A DNA stretch of 32,000 bases from assembly GCF_000025505.1 (NCBI RefSeq), contig NC_013849.1, positions 1 to 32,000 on the forward strand. The letters are read 5' to 3'. The translations under genes were made by a program, and so were the position numbers. The notes beneath the pieces were generated by a model, which worked only from the letters and a program-made list of their open reading frames with translations, did not search any database and had not been told where the DNA came from. The DNA comes from Ferroglobus placidus DSM 10642 (lineage in GTDB: Archaea > Halobacteriota > Archaeoglobi > Archaeoglobales > Archaeoglobaceae). Below, in pieces: positions 17,186-25,142 of this stretch (position 1 is the first letter of the stretch; each line of letters starts with the position of its first letter).

Positions 17186-17896
17186 GTGAACGCTTTAGAA
17201 GCTCTCAAGGCTGTTGAAGAAAAGATCAGAAGAGGAGAAAATGCGAGAGAAGATTTTTGGAAACTGGTTGGAATTGTGAAAAGATCTAAAAGCGTCGATG
17301 AAGAAACTTTGGTGAGAATCGCAAAAATCAGAGAGGAAATTTTCGATAAAAAACTCGTTCTTTCTTTAAAAAGCGGCACAGTAATCTTTGCTTCGTTGGT
17401 AGTTCTATCCAACATGCTCTTTCTCCTCATCTCTTTCAAAAACCTTCAGTTTTTATTGAAAGCAGCGTTGCTGTTTGCCGTTGAGTCGGCAGTAATCTAC
17501 TCCTCCTTCATCGTGGGTAGGCTGATAGGCTCTCTAATTACGGGGATAAAAATATTGGGATTCTACAGATACAACCCACTTGAGCTCGGAATGAAACTGG
17601 ACATCGTTAGTTACCTAAAAGCCGAGCAGAAAAATCGCGTGATCTTCTTCTTAACGCCAATAGTTTTCGAAAATTCAGTTTTCCTTTTTCAAAGCCTATT
17701 GTTGGTTTACTTTAACAACGAATTCTACTGGGTTCCACTGCTCTTAGCGATTTCCAATTTACTCCTCTCCTACGCGGTCTACAAGATCAAGAAAACCGGG
17801 GAGCTTTACAGGCTTATCAGAGAAATAAAAATTCTTAGAGAGCTATCTGAAAAACCTTCTGCTGAGAAAAACCAAGAGCACCGCAAGAAAAGCTGA
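17186..17896 (+). CDS. Hypothetical multi-pass membrane protein
   Basis: 236 aa with a GTG start and an N-terminal soluble helical region, followed by about four hydrophobic helices. The C-terminal 54 nt overlap the convergent MFS gene, so the true 3' extent is uncertain. Confidence 0.45.
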   Translation: MNALEALKAVEEKIRRGENAREDFWKLVGIVKRSKSVDEETLVRIAKIREEIFDKKLVLSLKSGTVIFASLVVLSNMLFLLISFKNLQFLLKAALLFAVESAVIYSSFIVGRLIGSLITGIKILGFYRYNPLELGMKLDIVSYLKAEQKNRVIFFLTPIVFENSVFLFQSLLLVYFNNEFYWVPLLLAISNLLLSYAVYKIKKTGELYRLIREIKILRELSEKPSAEKNQEHRKKS

Positions 17897-19021
17897 AAGA
17901 GCTGCGAGATAAAAGGCGGAGGTGTAGCTTCTCATCACATCTCTTATCAACCCTCCAGCGTACGGAGCTACAAGTCCAGAAAAACCCCAAGCTGTGAATA
18001 TCGCCCCGTAAATTCTTCCGGCATACTTTTTCCCGAAAAATATGGCTGTAGCTGAAGGAAATATTGCGAGAGCACCGCCGTAGTTAGCGTAAATTATCGA
18101 AGCGAGGGGGAAAACGAGGAGAGTTGAGAAAGCTTTCGAAAGAGCTAAAGAAGATGCGGCTGTTGTCGCAAAATTCAAAAGCATGGAATTTACAACTCCT
18201 ATTTTATCGAGTAGCAATCCCCAAATAAGTCTTCCCAAAGCGTTTGCAAATGACGTTATTATGAGAAAAGCGGGAATTAACTCTGCAAGCTCCGGAGTTT
18301 GTTTAGCTCCTTCTCTAAGTATAGGTGCTGCGTTTCCTATAACCATCAATCCGGCGAAAGTTGAGAGGAAAAAAGCAAGCCAGAGAACGTGAAACCTTCT
18401 GTCTCTTAGCGTTTCAGAGAGGTTCAAAGAAATTTCTTCATCTTTTTTCTCAATTTTGGGGTCTCTCATGGGAATTGCACAGAGAGAAATAACGACCAAG
18501 TAAATCAATCCCACGTATATGAACGTTTCAAAGACTGAAGTTACGCTTAGGAAGTAGGAAATAATCGGGGTCATCACCGCAGCTCCGATGCCGAAGCCTA
18601 CGGCAACTATCCCTACAGCGGTTCCAGTTTTATCTGGGAACCACTTAGAAACGAGAGGGCGCGGAACTGAATCGACGAGGGCTATTCCCAAGCCTAACGC
18701 AACCCCAAGTCCCGAGTAGTAGAGAAGTTTAGCTGTGTCCCATTCGAAATATCTCATTTGCGAGGCGATAAAATATCCGATAAATATCACGAGCGCTCCG
18801 AGGAATAGGGGTACTCTCGGACCGGTGCGATCGTACAAAACTCCAGCTGGAATTATGAAAATTGAATAAGTTAAAGTTATGAGGGAGAAGGCGAGCGTAA
18901 GAGGAGCGATGTTTTCTATCGAATAGTACTCCTGAATTGGAGCGTAAAAAAGACTGAAAGTGTAGATTCCTCCGAGCATGGTTAAAATCAGCATCCCCAA
19001 CGGAGGGTAAATCCACCTCAT
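17843..19021 (-). CDS. MFS transporter (oxalate/formate-antiporter-like subfamily, tentative)
   Basis: 392 aa with about 12 predicted TM helices in a 6+6 layout and a central charged loop (RDPKIEKKDEE). This is typical MFS architecture. Confidence 0.8.
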   Translation of the reverse strand: MRWIYPPLGMLILTMLGGIYTFSLFYAPIQEYYSIENIAPLTLAFSLITLTYSIFIIPAGVLYDRTGPRVPLFLGALVIFIGYFIASQMRYFEWDTAKLLYYSGLGVALGLGIALVDSVPRPLVSKWFPDKTGTAVGIVAVGFGIGAAVMTPIISYFLSVTSVFETFIYVGLIYLVVISLCAIPMRDPKIEKKDEEISLNLSETLRDRRFHVLWLAFFLSTFAGLMVIGNAAPILREGAKQTPELAELIPAFLIITSFANALGRLIWGLLLDKIGVVNSMLLNFATTAASSLALSKAFSTLLVFPLASIIYANYGGALAIFPSATAIFFGKKYAGRIYGAIFTAWGFSGLVAPYAGGLIRDVMRSYTSAFYLAALSAFLAVLLVFLSRRFFR

Positions 19022-19042
19022 GGAAGAATTTGGAATTAAAAT

Positions 19043-19052
19043 TTTATAAAAA
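19043..19052 (-). promoter_or_regulatory. Palindromic TATA box TTTTATAAAA ~26 nt upstream of the MFS ATG
   Basis: Composition and spacing suggest a leaderless MFS mRNA. Because the box is palindromic it could in principle fire in both directions. Confidence 0.35.
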
Positions 19053-19145
19053 CATTATTGTTTGCCCGATGAGCCCACGGGGTCTCACTTTTCAACCCCG
19101 CCGGTTCTTCGGGCGTAATAATATCTTACTTGGTGATTAAAAAAT

Positions 19146-19355
19146 CTACCGCTTGTCTTTCAAAGCTTTCAGGTTTTCCTCGCAGAACTTGAAGAGTTCA
19201 ATGGCTTCCTCTTTTGTTATTTCCCCGTTTGATAGGAACGAACCTATATACGGATAAATCAAGTAATCAAGTTCGTACTGAACTTCTTCGTAACTCAGAC
19301 CCTTCTCTCTAACTTCTTCGAAGTACCTTTTAATGGCTTCGAAGAGCTCTTCCAT
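19146..19355 (-). CDS. Small hypothetical helical protein (69 aa)
   Basis: The ORF has a balanced charged/aromatic composition, a T6 tract immediately after the stop, and a TATA box at the right distance upstream. I recognise no family. Confidence 0.4.
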   Translation of the reverse strand: MEELFEAIKRYFEEVREKGLSYEEVQYELDYLIYPYIGSFLSNGEITKEEAIELFKFCEENLKALKDKR

Positions 19356-19374
19356 ACATAGACTTTGGCAAGGG

Positions 19375-19384
19375 TTTAATATTA
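19375..19384. promoter_or_regulatory. Single shared TATA box TTTAATATTA, equidistant (~24.5 nt) from two divergent start codons (19355 minus, 19404 plus)
   Basis: The divergent spacer is only 48 nt long and this is its only A/T box. The distances were counted directly from the sequence. Confidence 0.35.
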
Positions 19385-19403
19385 CTTACCCAAACTATCG
19401 TAT

Positions 19404-21071
19404 ATGCTAACCTTCAAAGAATTTGCTGAATTTTGTAGCGTGATAGAGAAGATCTCGTCAACTCTTGAGCTAACGGCGAGAATCGCAGCCTTTATAAGAA
19501 AAATAGAGGATGAAGACGATCTTTACAACGTTATTCACTTTCTCATGGGTAGAATCTTTCCTCCTTGGGATGAAAGAGAGATTGGAGTTGGAGTTGGGCT
19601 AATCTACGAGGCTCTCAGACAGGTTACCGGCGTTAGCAAAAGCAGGATAGAGCAGCTGGTAAAGGAAACCGGCGATCTCGGCTTGGCTGCTGAAAGGCTT
19701 TTGAAAGAGAAAAAACAGACGACTCTATTTCAGGAAGAGCTTACGATAAAAAGAGTGAAAGAAATATTCGAGGAGATGGCTAAGCTTAGCGGAGAAGGAA
19801 GCCAGAAAAGGAGAGTAATGCTTTTAACGGATCTCTACGTCAGCGCAACTCCCATAGAGACGAGATACCTCACAAGGCTAATACTTGGAGAGATGAGGCT
19901 CGGTGTTGGAGAAGGGATTATTAGGGATGCGATAGCAAGAGCTTTTGGAATAGACTCTTCGATAGTCGAAAGAGCTTACATGCTAACAAACGATTACGGA
20001 AGAGTTGCAGTCGTGGCTAAGAAGGAAGGAAAGGATGGTTTAATGAGAATGAAGATACAACTTCACTATCCAGTAAAAATGATGCTTGCTCAGGTGGCTG
20101 AGAGCGTTGATGAGGCTTTGAGGGAGATGAGGGAGGCTGCTGTGGAGTGGAAGTACGATGGCTCAAGAGTTCAGGTTCACTACGGAAACGGAAAAGTAAC
20201 TATTTTCTCAAGGAGGCTTGAAAACGTAACTTCCGCTCTTCCAGAAATCGTCGATGAAGTAAAGAAATGCGTTAGAGAGAACGTGATTCTGGATGGGGAG
20301 GTTATAGCTGTAAAAGACGGAAAGCCTATGCCGTTCCAGCAGGTTTTAAGGAGGTTCAGGAGGAAGCACGAGATATCTAAGGCTATGGAGAGAATTCCGT
20401 TGATAGTCTACTTCTTCGACATTCTCTACGACGGAGAAATGCTCATAGACCTTCCGCTTAAAGAGAGGAGAAAGAAGCTCGAGGAAGTTATCGGCGAAAG
20501 CGAGATAATAAAAGTAGCTCAGCAAGTAATAACGAGCGATCCGAAGGTTGTTGAAGAGGAATTCAATAGGGCAATAGAGGCTGGACACGAGGGTTTAATG
20601 CTTAAGAGGCTCGACTCTCCGTACACACCGGGAAAAAGAGGCAAATTGTGGCTTAAACTGAAAGCGGTCATGGAAACCCTCGACTTGGTTGTTGTCGGTG
20701 GAGAGTGGGGAGAAGGAAAGAGAAGCCATCTTCTCAGTTCATTCGAATTGGCTTGCAGAGATGAAAACGGAAGGTTGCTGAGGGTCGGAAAGGTAGCTAC
20801 CGGCTTTACTGACGAGGACCTCGAAGAGCTTACGGAGCTTTTCAAACCGCTTATAGAGTATGAAGAGGGGAAGAGGGTTGTTTTCCAACCCAAGTACTTG
20901 TTTGAAGTGGCTTATCAGGAGATTCAGAAGAGTCCGAAGTACGAGAGCGGATTTGCGTTGAGATTCCCGAGATTCGTGAGGTTGAGAGATGATAAGAGTG
21001 TTGAAGAAGCCGACACCCTCGAAAGAATAGCTAAGCTCTACGAGATGCAGTTCAAAAGCAAGGGTGGATAG
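19404..21071 (+). CDS. lig: ATP-dependent DNA ligase
   Basis: 555 aa with adenylation motif I EWKYDGSRVQ (KxDG). Downstream motifs are DGEVI, LMLKRLDSPYTPGKRG.LWLKLK, and an OB-fold C-terminus. Confidence 0.93.
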   Translation: MLTFKEFAEFCSVIEKISSTLELTARIAAFIRKIEDEDDLYNVIHFLMGRIFPPWDEREIGVGVGLIYEALRQVTGVSKSRIEQLVKETGDLGLAAERLLKEKKQTTLFQEELTIKRVKEIFEEMAKLSGEGSQKRRVMLLTDLYVSATPIETRYLTRLILGEMRLGVGEGIIRDAIARAFGIDSSIVERAYMLTNDYGRVAVVAKKEGKDGLMRMKIQLHYPVKMMLAQVAESVDEALREMREAAVEWKYDGSRVQVHYGNGKVTIFSRRLENVTSALPEIVDEVKKCVRENVILDGEVIAVKDGKPMPFQQVLRRFRRKHEISKAMERIPLIVYFFDILYDGEMLIDLPLKERRKKLEEVIGESEIIKVAQQVITSDPKVVEEEFNRAIEAGHEGLMLKRLDSPYTPGKRGKLWLKLKAVMETLDLVVVGGEWGEGKRSHLLSSFELACRDENGRLLRVGKVATGFTDEDLEELTELFKPLIEYEEGKRVVFQPKYLFEVAYQEIQKSPKYESGFALRFPRFVRLRDDKSVEEADTLERIAKLYEMQFKSKGG

Positions 21072-22055
21072 TTATTCAAAAATTCTTTTTATAAGCCAGT
21101 CCGGATCGAACTTAACGAGATCCTCGTAATTTTGTCCCGTCCCCACGAATAGTATGGGTTTCTCCGTAACGTAGCTTATGGAGATCGCACATCCACCTTT
21201 CGGATCCGCGTCGATTTTTGTTAGAATGCTTCCGTCTATTCCAATAGCCTCGTTAAACATTCTCGCTCTTTCCACCGCATCGTTTCCAGCCAAGCTTTCG
21301 TCGACGAAAATCGTTAAGTCAGGATTGGTAACTCTCTTTATCTTTTCGAGCTGGTCTATTAAATTCTTCTTCGTGTGCATTCTTCCAGCGGTGTCTGAAA
21401 GCACTACGTCGATTCCTTTACTTTCAGCATGCTTGATGGCATCGTAAATAACTGCTGCCGGATCGGCTCCGGGTTTATGCTTTATCACTCTAACCCCAAG
21501 CTTCTTCCCGTGCTCTTCGAGCTGCTCTATCGCTCCAGCTCTAAAAGTGTCTCCGGCTGCTAAAACAACGCTCTTACCGGATTTTAAAAGTCTGTAAGCG
21601 AGCTTAGCTATTGTCGTCGTCTTTCCTGTACCGTTTACTCCTACGAAGATTATGTGCAAAGGTTTTTTCTCCTCCAACTTTTTCTCCACAAACTCGTCGA
21701 AATCGAAGTAATTTTTACTCAGTATTTCCCTCAAAATTTCCTTAAGCTCTTTTAGAACGAGGGAAGATAAACTTTCTCCTATACCTTTTCTTCTCCCGAC
21801 GAGTCTCTCTTTCAGTCTCTTGCTAATTTCATCGACGACTTCAAAAGCCACGTCGCTTTCGAGGAGGATCATCTCAAGCTCTGGCAGAACTTTTTCGAGC
21901 TTCCCCTCATCTATTATTATTTCTCTCTCAAGAATGAGTGTTGCGAGCTTTTCTTTTAACCCTATTTTTTCTTTTTTAGCTATTTCCTCCCCCGCTTCCT
22001 CATCAACCTTTTTCCTGAAAGAGGAGAGCTTTTCCTTTAAAGCTTTAAACATCAC
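21072..22055 (-). CDS. ftsY: Signal recognition particle receptor FtsY
   Basis: 327 aa with an acidic N-terminal region and an SRP-GTPase NG domain. Motifs present are GVNGTGKTTT, DTAGR and TKIDADPKGG. Confidence 0.92.
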   Translation of the reverse strand: MMFKALKEKLSSFRKKVDEEAGEEIAKKEKIGLKEKLATLILEREIIIDEGKLEKVLPELEMILLESDVAFEVVDEISKRLKERLVGRRKGIGESLSSLVLKELKEILREILSKNYFDFDEFVEKKLEEKKPLHIIFVGVNGTGKTTTIAKLAYRLLKSGKSVVLAAGDTFRAGAIEQLEEHGKKLGVRVIKHKPGADPAAVIYDAIKHAESKGIDVVLSDTAGRMHTKKNLIDQLEKIKRVTNPDLTIFVDESLAGNDAVERARMFNEAIGIDGSILTKIDADPKGGCAISISYVTEKPILFVGTGQNYEDLVKFDPDWLIKRIFE

Positions 22056-22483
22056 TTCTCAGCCTCTTTCGAAAGCTCTGCTATTTCTCTCTGCAAACTT
22101 TCCATTCTCGAAGCAATCGATCTTATAGCTTCTTCAATCTCGGCTCTCGTTTTTTCCATGTTCTCCTTCTTTCTGTTGAGAAAGTCTATAGCCTCTCTAA
22201 GCTCCTTCTCGATGACGATCCCGCTTCCGACGTCAACGAGGAACTTCTTCTTCTCAACGATATCAACGTAGGCAAAAACTCCGCCGCCGAGGTTCATCAA
22301 CGCTTCAGTTTTTCCTTCAGACTTTTCAAAGAATTCCAAGCTTTCAATAGTCCTCTCAAGCTCCGATTTGAAAAGCTCTATCTCCACAAGTCTTCTTTGC
22401 AAAGCCTCAGCTTGCTCTCTAAGCTGCTCCAGTAAAATTAACCTCTGCTGGATTTCCCTCTCCTTGCTCATGGTATCACTCAA
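22052..22483 (-). CDS. pfdA: Prefoldin alpha subunit
   Basis: 143 aa with a coiled-coil / beta-hairpin / coiled-coil layout. It occupies the conserved archaeal position between rplX and ftsY and has an ATGA overlap with ftsY. Confidence 0.8.
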   Translation of the reverse strand: MSDTMSKEREIQQRLILLEQLREQAEALQRRLVEIELFKSELERTIESLEFFEKSEGKTEALMNLGGGVFAYVDIVEKKKFLVDVGSGIVIEKELREAIDFLNRKKENMEKTRAEIEEAIRSIASRMESLQREIAELSKEAEK

Positions 22484-22652
22484 GCTTCTTCACTTCTTCA
22501 ATTTTTATAAGATTTCTCTTCACTTTGTGGTTGCTTCCGATTATCGAGTAAACTTTTTCCAGAGCGAATCTTTCGTTGTGTGCCTCTACGATTTTCTTGA
22601 ACTTATTCCACCCACCGGCATCCCTAAACATACCCCTCACTTCGAAGAGCAT
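22476..22652 (-). CDS. rplX: 50S ribosomal protein LX (eL20/L18Ae family)
   Basis: MLFEVRGMFRDAGGWNKFKKIVEAHNERFALEKVYSIIGSNHKVKRNLIKIEEV matches the LX pattern (F.V.G.F....F.KEV.A..E..A.EKVYS..GS.H.VKR..I.I.EV). I chose the start at 22652 because GAGGTGGTG lies just upstream and it avoids overlap with eif6. The ORF-track start is 22688. Confidence 0.75.
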   Translation of the reverse strand: MLFEVRGMFRDAGGWNKFKKIVEAHNERFALEKVYSIIGSNHKVKRNLIKIEEVKKLE

Positions 22653-22662
22653 GCCCACCACC

Positions 22663-23319
22663 TCAAACAAATCCAAGGGCTTCCTCAATCAAACCAAGCT
22701 CAAAACCCGTTGTATCTTTTCCGGCTACATAACCTTTCGAGTTTGCAACAACTCCGGTCCCAACCATGTCGCTCCCGAAGTTTACCGTTCCTGTTGCAGT
22801 CTCTATCTCAAGAGTCTCCTCGACTCTCTTCACCTCCCACTCGCTGGCGTTCGGATTTAGCAAACCTCCGGAATTTGTGACTACCGCTGCCATTCCAACG
22901 GTTTTTATCCCCCCAACGGTACCTTTTGCCACTTTCAGCTTTAGTTCATCCTTCAGAACGTTTATTATGCTCTCTTCAACTTCCGGATGGACTATTGCAC
23001 CTCTGTCGTTCATTAGTATTACGTTTCCCATGCACGTCATTTTTGAGCTTACCTTGTAAACGTCTACGTATTTCTCTATTTTCTTAAGCTCTTTTTCAAG
23101 GATTAAGTCGCTTACTATCGCTCCACTTGAATTCATCGCGAGCATCGCTCCAACGAGCTCAGAGCCGAGAATCGTGCTTCTTATGACTTTTACTTCCAGC
23201 TCTTCCTTTATAGCCTCTTCAGCCTTGTGATCTCTAACTCCGATAATAGCGTAATCCTCGTTCGCTCTTACGTACATTCCTATCAGTGGACTTCCGTGTA
23301 TTGCTAAGAGTTTCGGCAT
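22663..23319 (-). CDS. eif6: Translation initiation factor 6 (aIF6)
   Basis: 218 aa with a pentein-like five-fold repeat containing recurring G.(L/I/V)(V/I)G motifs. The N-terminus and length are typical of aIF6, and it occupies the conserved operon position. Confidence 0.85.
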   Translation of the reverse strand: MPKLLAIHGSPLIGMYVRANEDYAIIGVRDHKAEEAIKEELEVKVIRSTILGSELVGAMLAMNSSGAIVSDLILEKELKKIEKYVDVYKVSSKMTCMGNVILMNDRGAIVHPEVEESIINVLKDELKLKVAKGTVGGIKTVGMAAVVTNSGGLLNPNASEWEVKRVEETLEIETATGTVNFGSDMVGTGVVANSKGYVAGKDTTGFELGLIEEALGFV

Positions 23320-23320
23320 T

Positions 23321-23596
23321 TTACTCCAACAGTTCAGCCTCTACTACTCCGTCGTCGAATTTAACCGCTCTAATCCTTATTTTCGTCGGTGGTTTTTGAG
23401 CCCCCCTTTCCCAGATTTTCTCGTTTATCTTCGTGTCAAGCCTGATCTTGTCCTCGTCGGCTTTCATATGTTTGCTGAGGAATCTTCTAACGTAGCGAAT
23501 CGCTTTCTTGGCTCTCAGCCATCTCGGATATCTCTTCATTTTGTGCTTGAGCCTTATACTGTAAACCCTCTCCAGCACGATCTCAGCCATACCCAT
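23321..23596 (-). CDS. rpl31e: 50S ribosomal protein L31e
   Basis: RVYSIRLKHKMKRYPRWLRAKKAIRYVRRFL...INEKIWERGAQKPPTKIRIR is typical of L31e. The ATG at 23596 overlaps the L39e TGA (TGATG junction). The ORF track starts at a GTG at 23599. Confidence 0.85.
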   Translation of the reverse strand: MGMAEIVLERVYSIRLKHKMKRYPRWLRAKKAIRYVRRFLSKHMKADEDKIRLDTKINEKIWERGAQKPPTKIRIRAVKFDDGVVEAELLE

Positions 23597-23748
23597 CACA
23601 CCTTAAGCTTGGTATGCCTCCAGAATCTCCTCTTCGGACTCGTAACGACCCTTCTCTTGGTTTTAAGAATAACCCAAACCGGGGGTCTTCTGTTCTGCTT
23701 CAGGAACTTACCGAGCCTTTTTTTAACTCCGACAGTCTTCTTCCCCAC
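23596..23748 (-). CDS. rpl39e: 50S ribosomal protein L39e (50 aa, absent from the supplied ORF track)
   Basis: My hand translation of the minus strand gives (GTG)[50 protein letters not shown]. This carries the L39e hallmarks KQNR..P.W...KT and R.WR..KLK. GAGGTG lies upstream, and the span is 153 nt (51 codons). Confidence 0.85.
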   Translation of the reverse strand: MGKKTVGVKKRLGKFLKQNRRPPVWVILKTKRRVVTSPKRRFWRHTKLKV

Positions 23749-23757
23749 TTTCCCACC

Positions 23758-24093
23758 TCACTTCCTTATTATTCTCGTTTCCCTCCTTTTCGGCATTATC
23801 CTCTTTAGAATTTCGACGAGCATTTCGTCCGTAATCTTTTTCGTAATCCTTCCGGATTGGGCTAAAGCTATGAGCTGATTTTCGACGGCTTCAGCAATAT
23901 CCGGATGAGCGAGCTTTATTCTTGAAAGCCTCTCTCTCGCTTCGGGCTCGAGAATTGCTCTAAGTATGGCTTTCTTTTGCATTTCTATTTGCCTCTGCAT
24001 CTCCTGCTGTTTTGCAAGTTCCTCAAGTTCTTTCTCCCTTTTAGCCTGAAGTTCCATCAGCTTCCTTCTCCTAATTTCCTCTAACTCGTCCAT
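23758..24093 (-). CDS. PDCD5/TFAR19-family DNA-binding protein (COG2118-like)
   Basis: 111 aa. RRRKLMELQ...[41 protein letters not shown] is characteristic of the archaeal PDCD5-like family, and it occupies the conserved position next to rps19e. Confidence 0.7.
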   Translation of the reverse strand: MDELEEIRRRKLMELQAKREKELEELAKQQEMQRQIEMQKKAILRAILEPEARERLSRIKLAHPDIAEAVENQLIALAQSGRITKKITDEMLVEILKRIMPKRRETRIIRK

Positions 24094-24126
24094 AGTATCA
24101 CCTTGATTACTTGTCTCTCAAGTTAT

Positions 24127-24576
24127 TTAGTATTTTTCTAAAGCCGGGATCTCTTTGACGAGCTCTTTCTTAATTTCGGCTGCTATTTTATCGAGAAATG
24201 ACCTGCCCTTCGGAGTTACGATTCTTCCTTCCTTTGTCCTCTGAACGAAACCGGCTTTTTCAAGCTGCTGAAGAGCTTTCCTTATTATCGAACCGCTTCC
24301 TTTCCTGAACTTCGGAGGTTTTACCCCTCTCCTCTTTCTTCCTCCGTAGAACGTCCTTAACCTTTCAATTCCTACCGGTCCGTCCGTGTAAACCTTTCTG
24401 AAGATTGCAGCAACTCTCGTGTACCACCAGTCCTCTTGCTCCGGAGCCCTTTCTTTATGAACTCCAGTTTTAACGTACTTAGCCCACTCCGGCGGGGTGA
24501 ACTCTTCCATCTTCTTAAGTTCCTCAGCCACTCTTGCGATCAGCTTATCCGGAGGTACATCATAAACCGTCGCCAT
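24127..24576 (-). CDS. rps19e: 30S ribosomal protein S19e
   Basis: 149 aa. [10 protein letters not shown]...[33 protein letters not shown]...[31 protein letters not shown] is typical S19e. Confidence 0.9.
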   Translation of the reverse strand: MATVYDVPPDKLIARVAEELKKMEEFTPPEWAKYVKTGVHKERAPEQEDWWYTRVAAIFRKVYTDGPVGIERLRTFYGGRKRRGVKPPKFRKGSGSIIRKALQQLEKAGFVQRTKEGRIVTPKGRSFLDKIAAEIKKELVKEIPALEKY

Positions 24577-24577
24577 C

Positions 24578-24811
24578 TCAACACCTCTTGAAAGTTAGGA
24601 CGAATCCCCTAAAGTCTATAAGCTTTCCGTTAACCTTAGAAGCTATTTCCTGAGCGAGCTCCTTTTTATGCTTACCTCCAGCGGTAAAGTTTCTAAAGTT
24701 TTTGAGCATCCTAACCTTAACGATACCCTTCTTTTCCAGAGTAGCGTTAATCTCTTTTATGACCTCATCAGTTATGCCTTTCTTTCCGATGTTTATCGTG
24801 ACCACTTTCAT
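24578..24811 (-). CDS. YhbY-like CRM-domain RNA-binding protein
   Basis: [36 protein letters not shown] matches the CRM/YhbY GKxGxT...KVK pattern. I set the start at the ATG at 24811, 77 aa, rather than 24880 because a TATA-like box lies ~26 nt upstream of 24811. Confidence 0.7.
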   Translation of the reverse strand: MKVVTINIGKKGITDEVIKEINATLEKKGIVKVRMLKNFRNFTAGGKHKKELAQEIASKVNGKLIDFRGFVLTFKRC

Positions 24812-24831
24812 GAAGTTAAGCTTAAAGGAGT

Positions 24832-24842
24832 GATTTAAAAAA
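24832..24842 (-). promoter_or_regulatory. TATA-like box (TTTTTTAAATC on the minus strand) ~26 nt upstream of the first gene of the YhbY-to-FtsY gene string
   Basis: Judged by composition and spacing only. Confidence 0.4.
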
Positions 24843-25142
24843 TTTTGCTTCCTCAGCGGAAAACTTTCTGAGAGATGCAAGGACTTTCGCCTTTCGACAT
24901 CGGCTCTTTGACGAGACCCGTAAACTTAACACGAACAACCTCAAGTGGTTATAATATCAACATGAACAGTTTTACAAATCTCAATCTTCTGCTTGAGAGA
25001 ACCGCTTAGAACTTGGGTTGGACGAAACTCTGAACTATATAATGCTTGAGCCATTTTGTATTTTCGTTCAACATCGAAACATTTTTATTTGTTAATTATC
25101 AACCATAAGGTAATTTGATTCCCTGAAAAGTAGGTGGGGCAC

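Noticed and set aside
17843-17896. 54-nt convergent overlap between the 17186-17896 membrane-protein ORF and the MFS gene, considered as a possible antisense-regulation feature
   Set aside because: It is more likely just a lax 3' end. The overlapping tail (EKPSAEKNQEHRKKS) is hydrophilic and unconstrained, and there is no evidence for function.
22368-23878. Long plus-strand ORFs (170, 94, 97, 160 and 64 aa) across the ribosomal-protein/aIF6 region
   Set aside because: They lie opposite unmistakable pfdA, rplX, eif6, rpl31e and rpl39e genes, and they are Ser/Pro/Leu-rich shadow frames.
24941-25054. 37-aa minus-strand ORF (MAQALYSSEFRPTQVLSGSLKQKIEICKTVHVDIITT) in the spacer between the core operon and the accessory cluster
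   Set aside because: It is too short, and has no recognisable motif, Shine-Dalgarno sequence or well-placed TATA box. It cannot be distinguished from chance, but it is noted because it sits at the island boundary.
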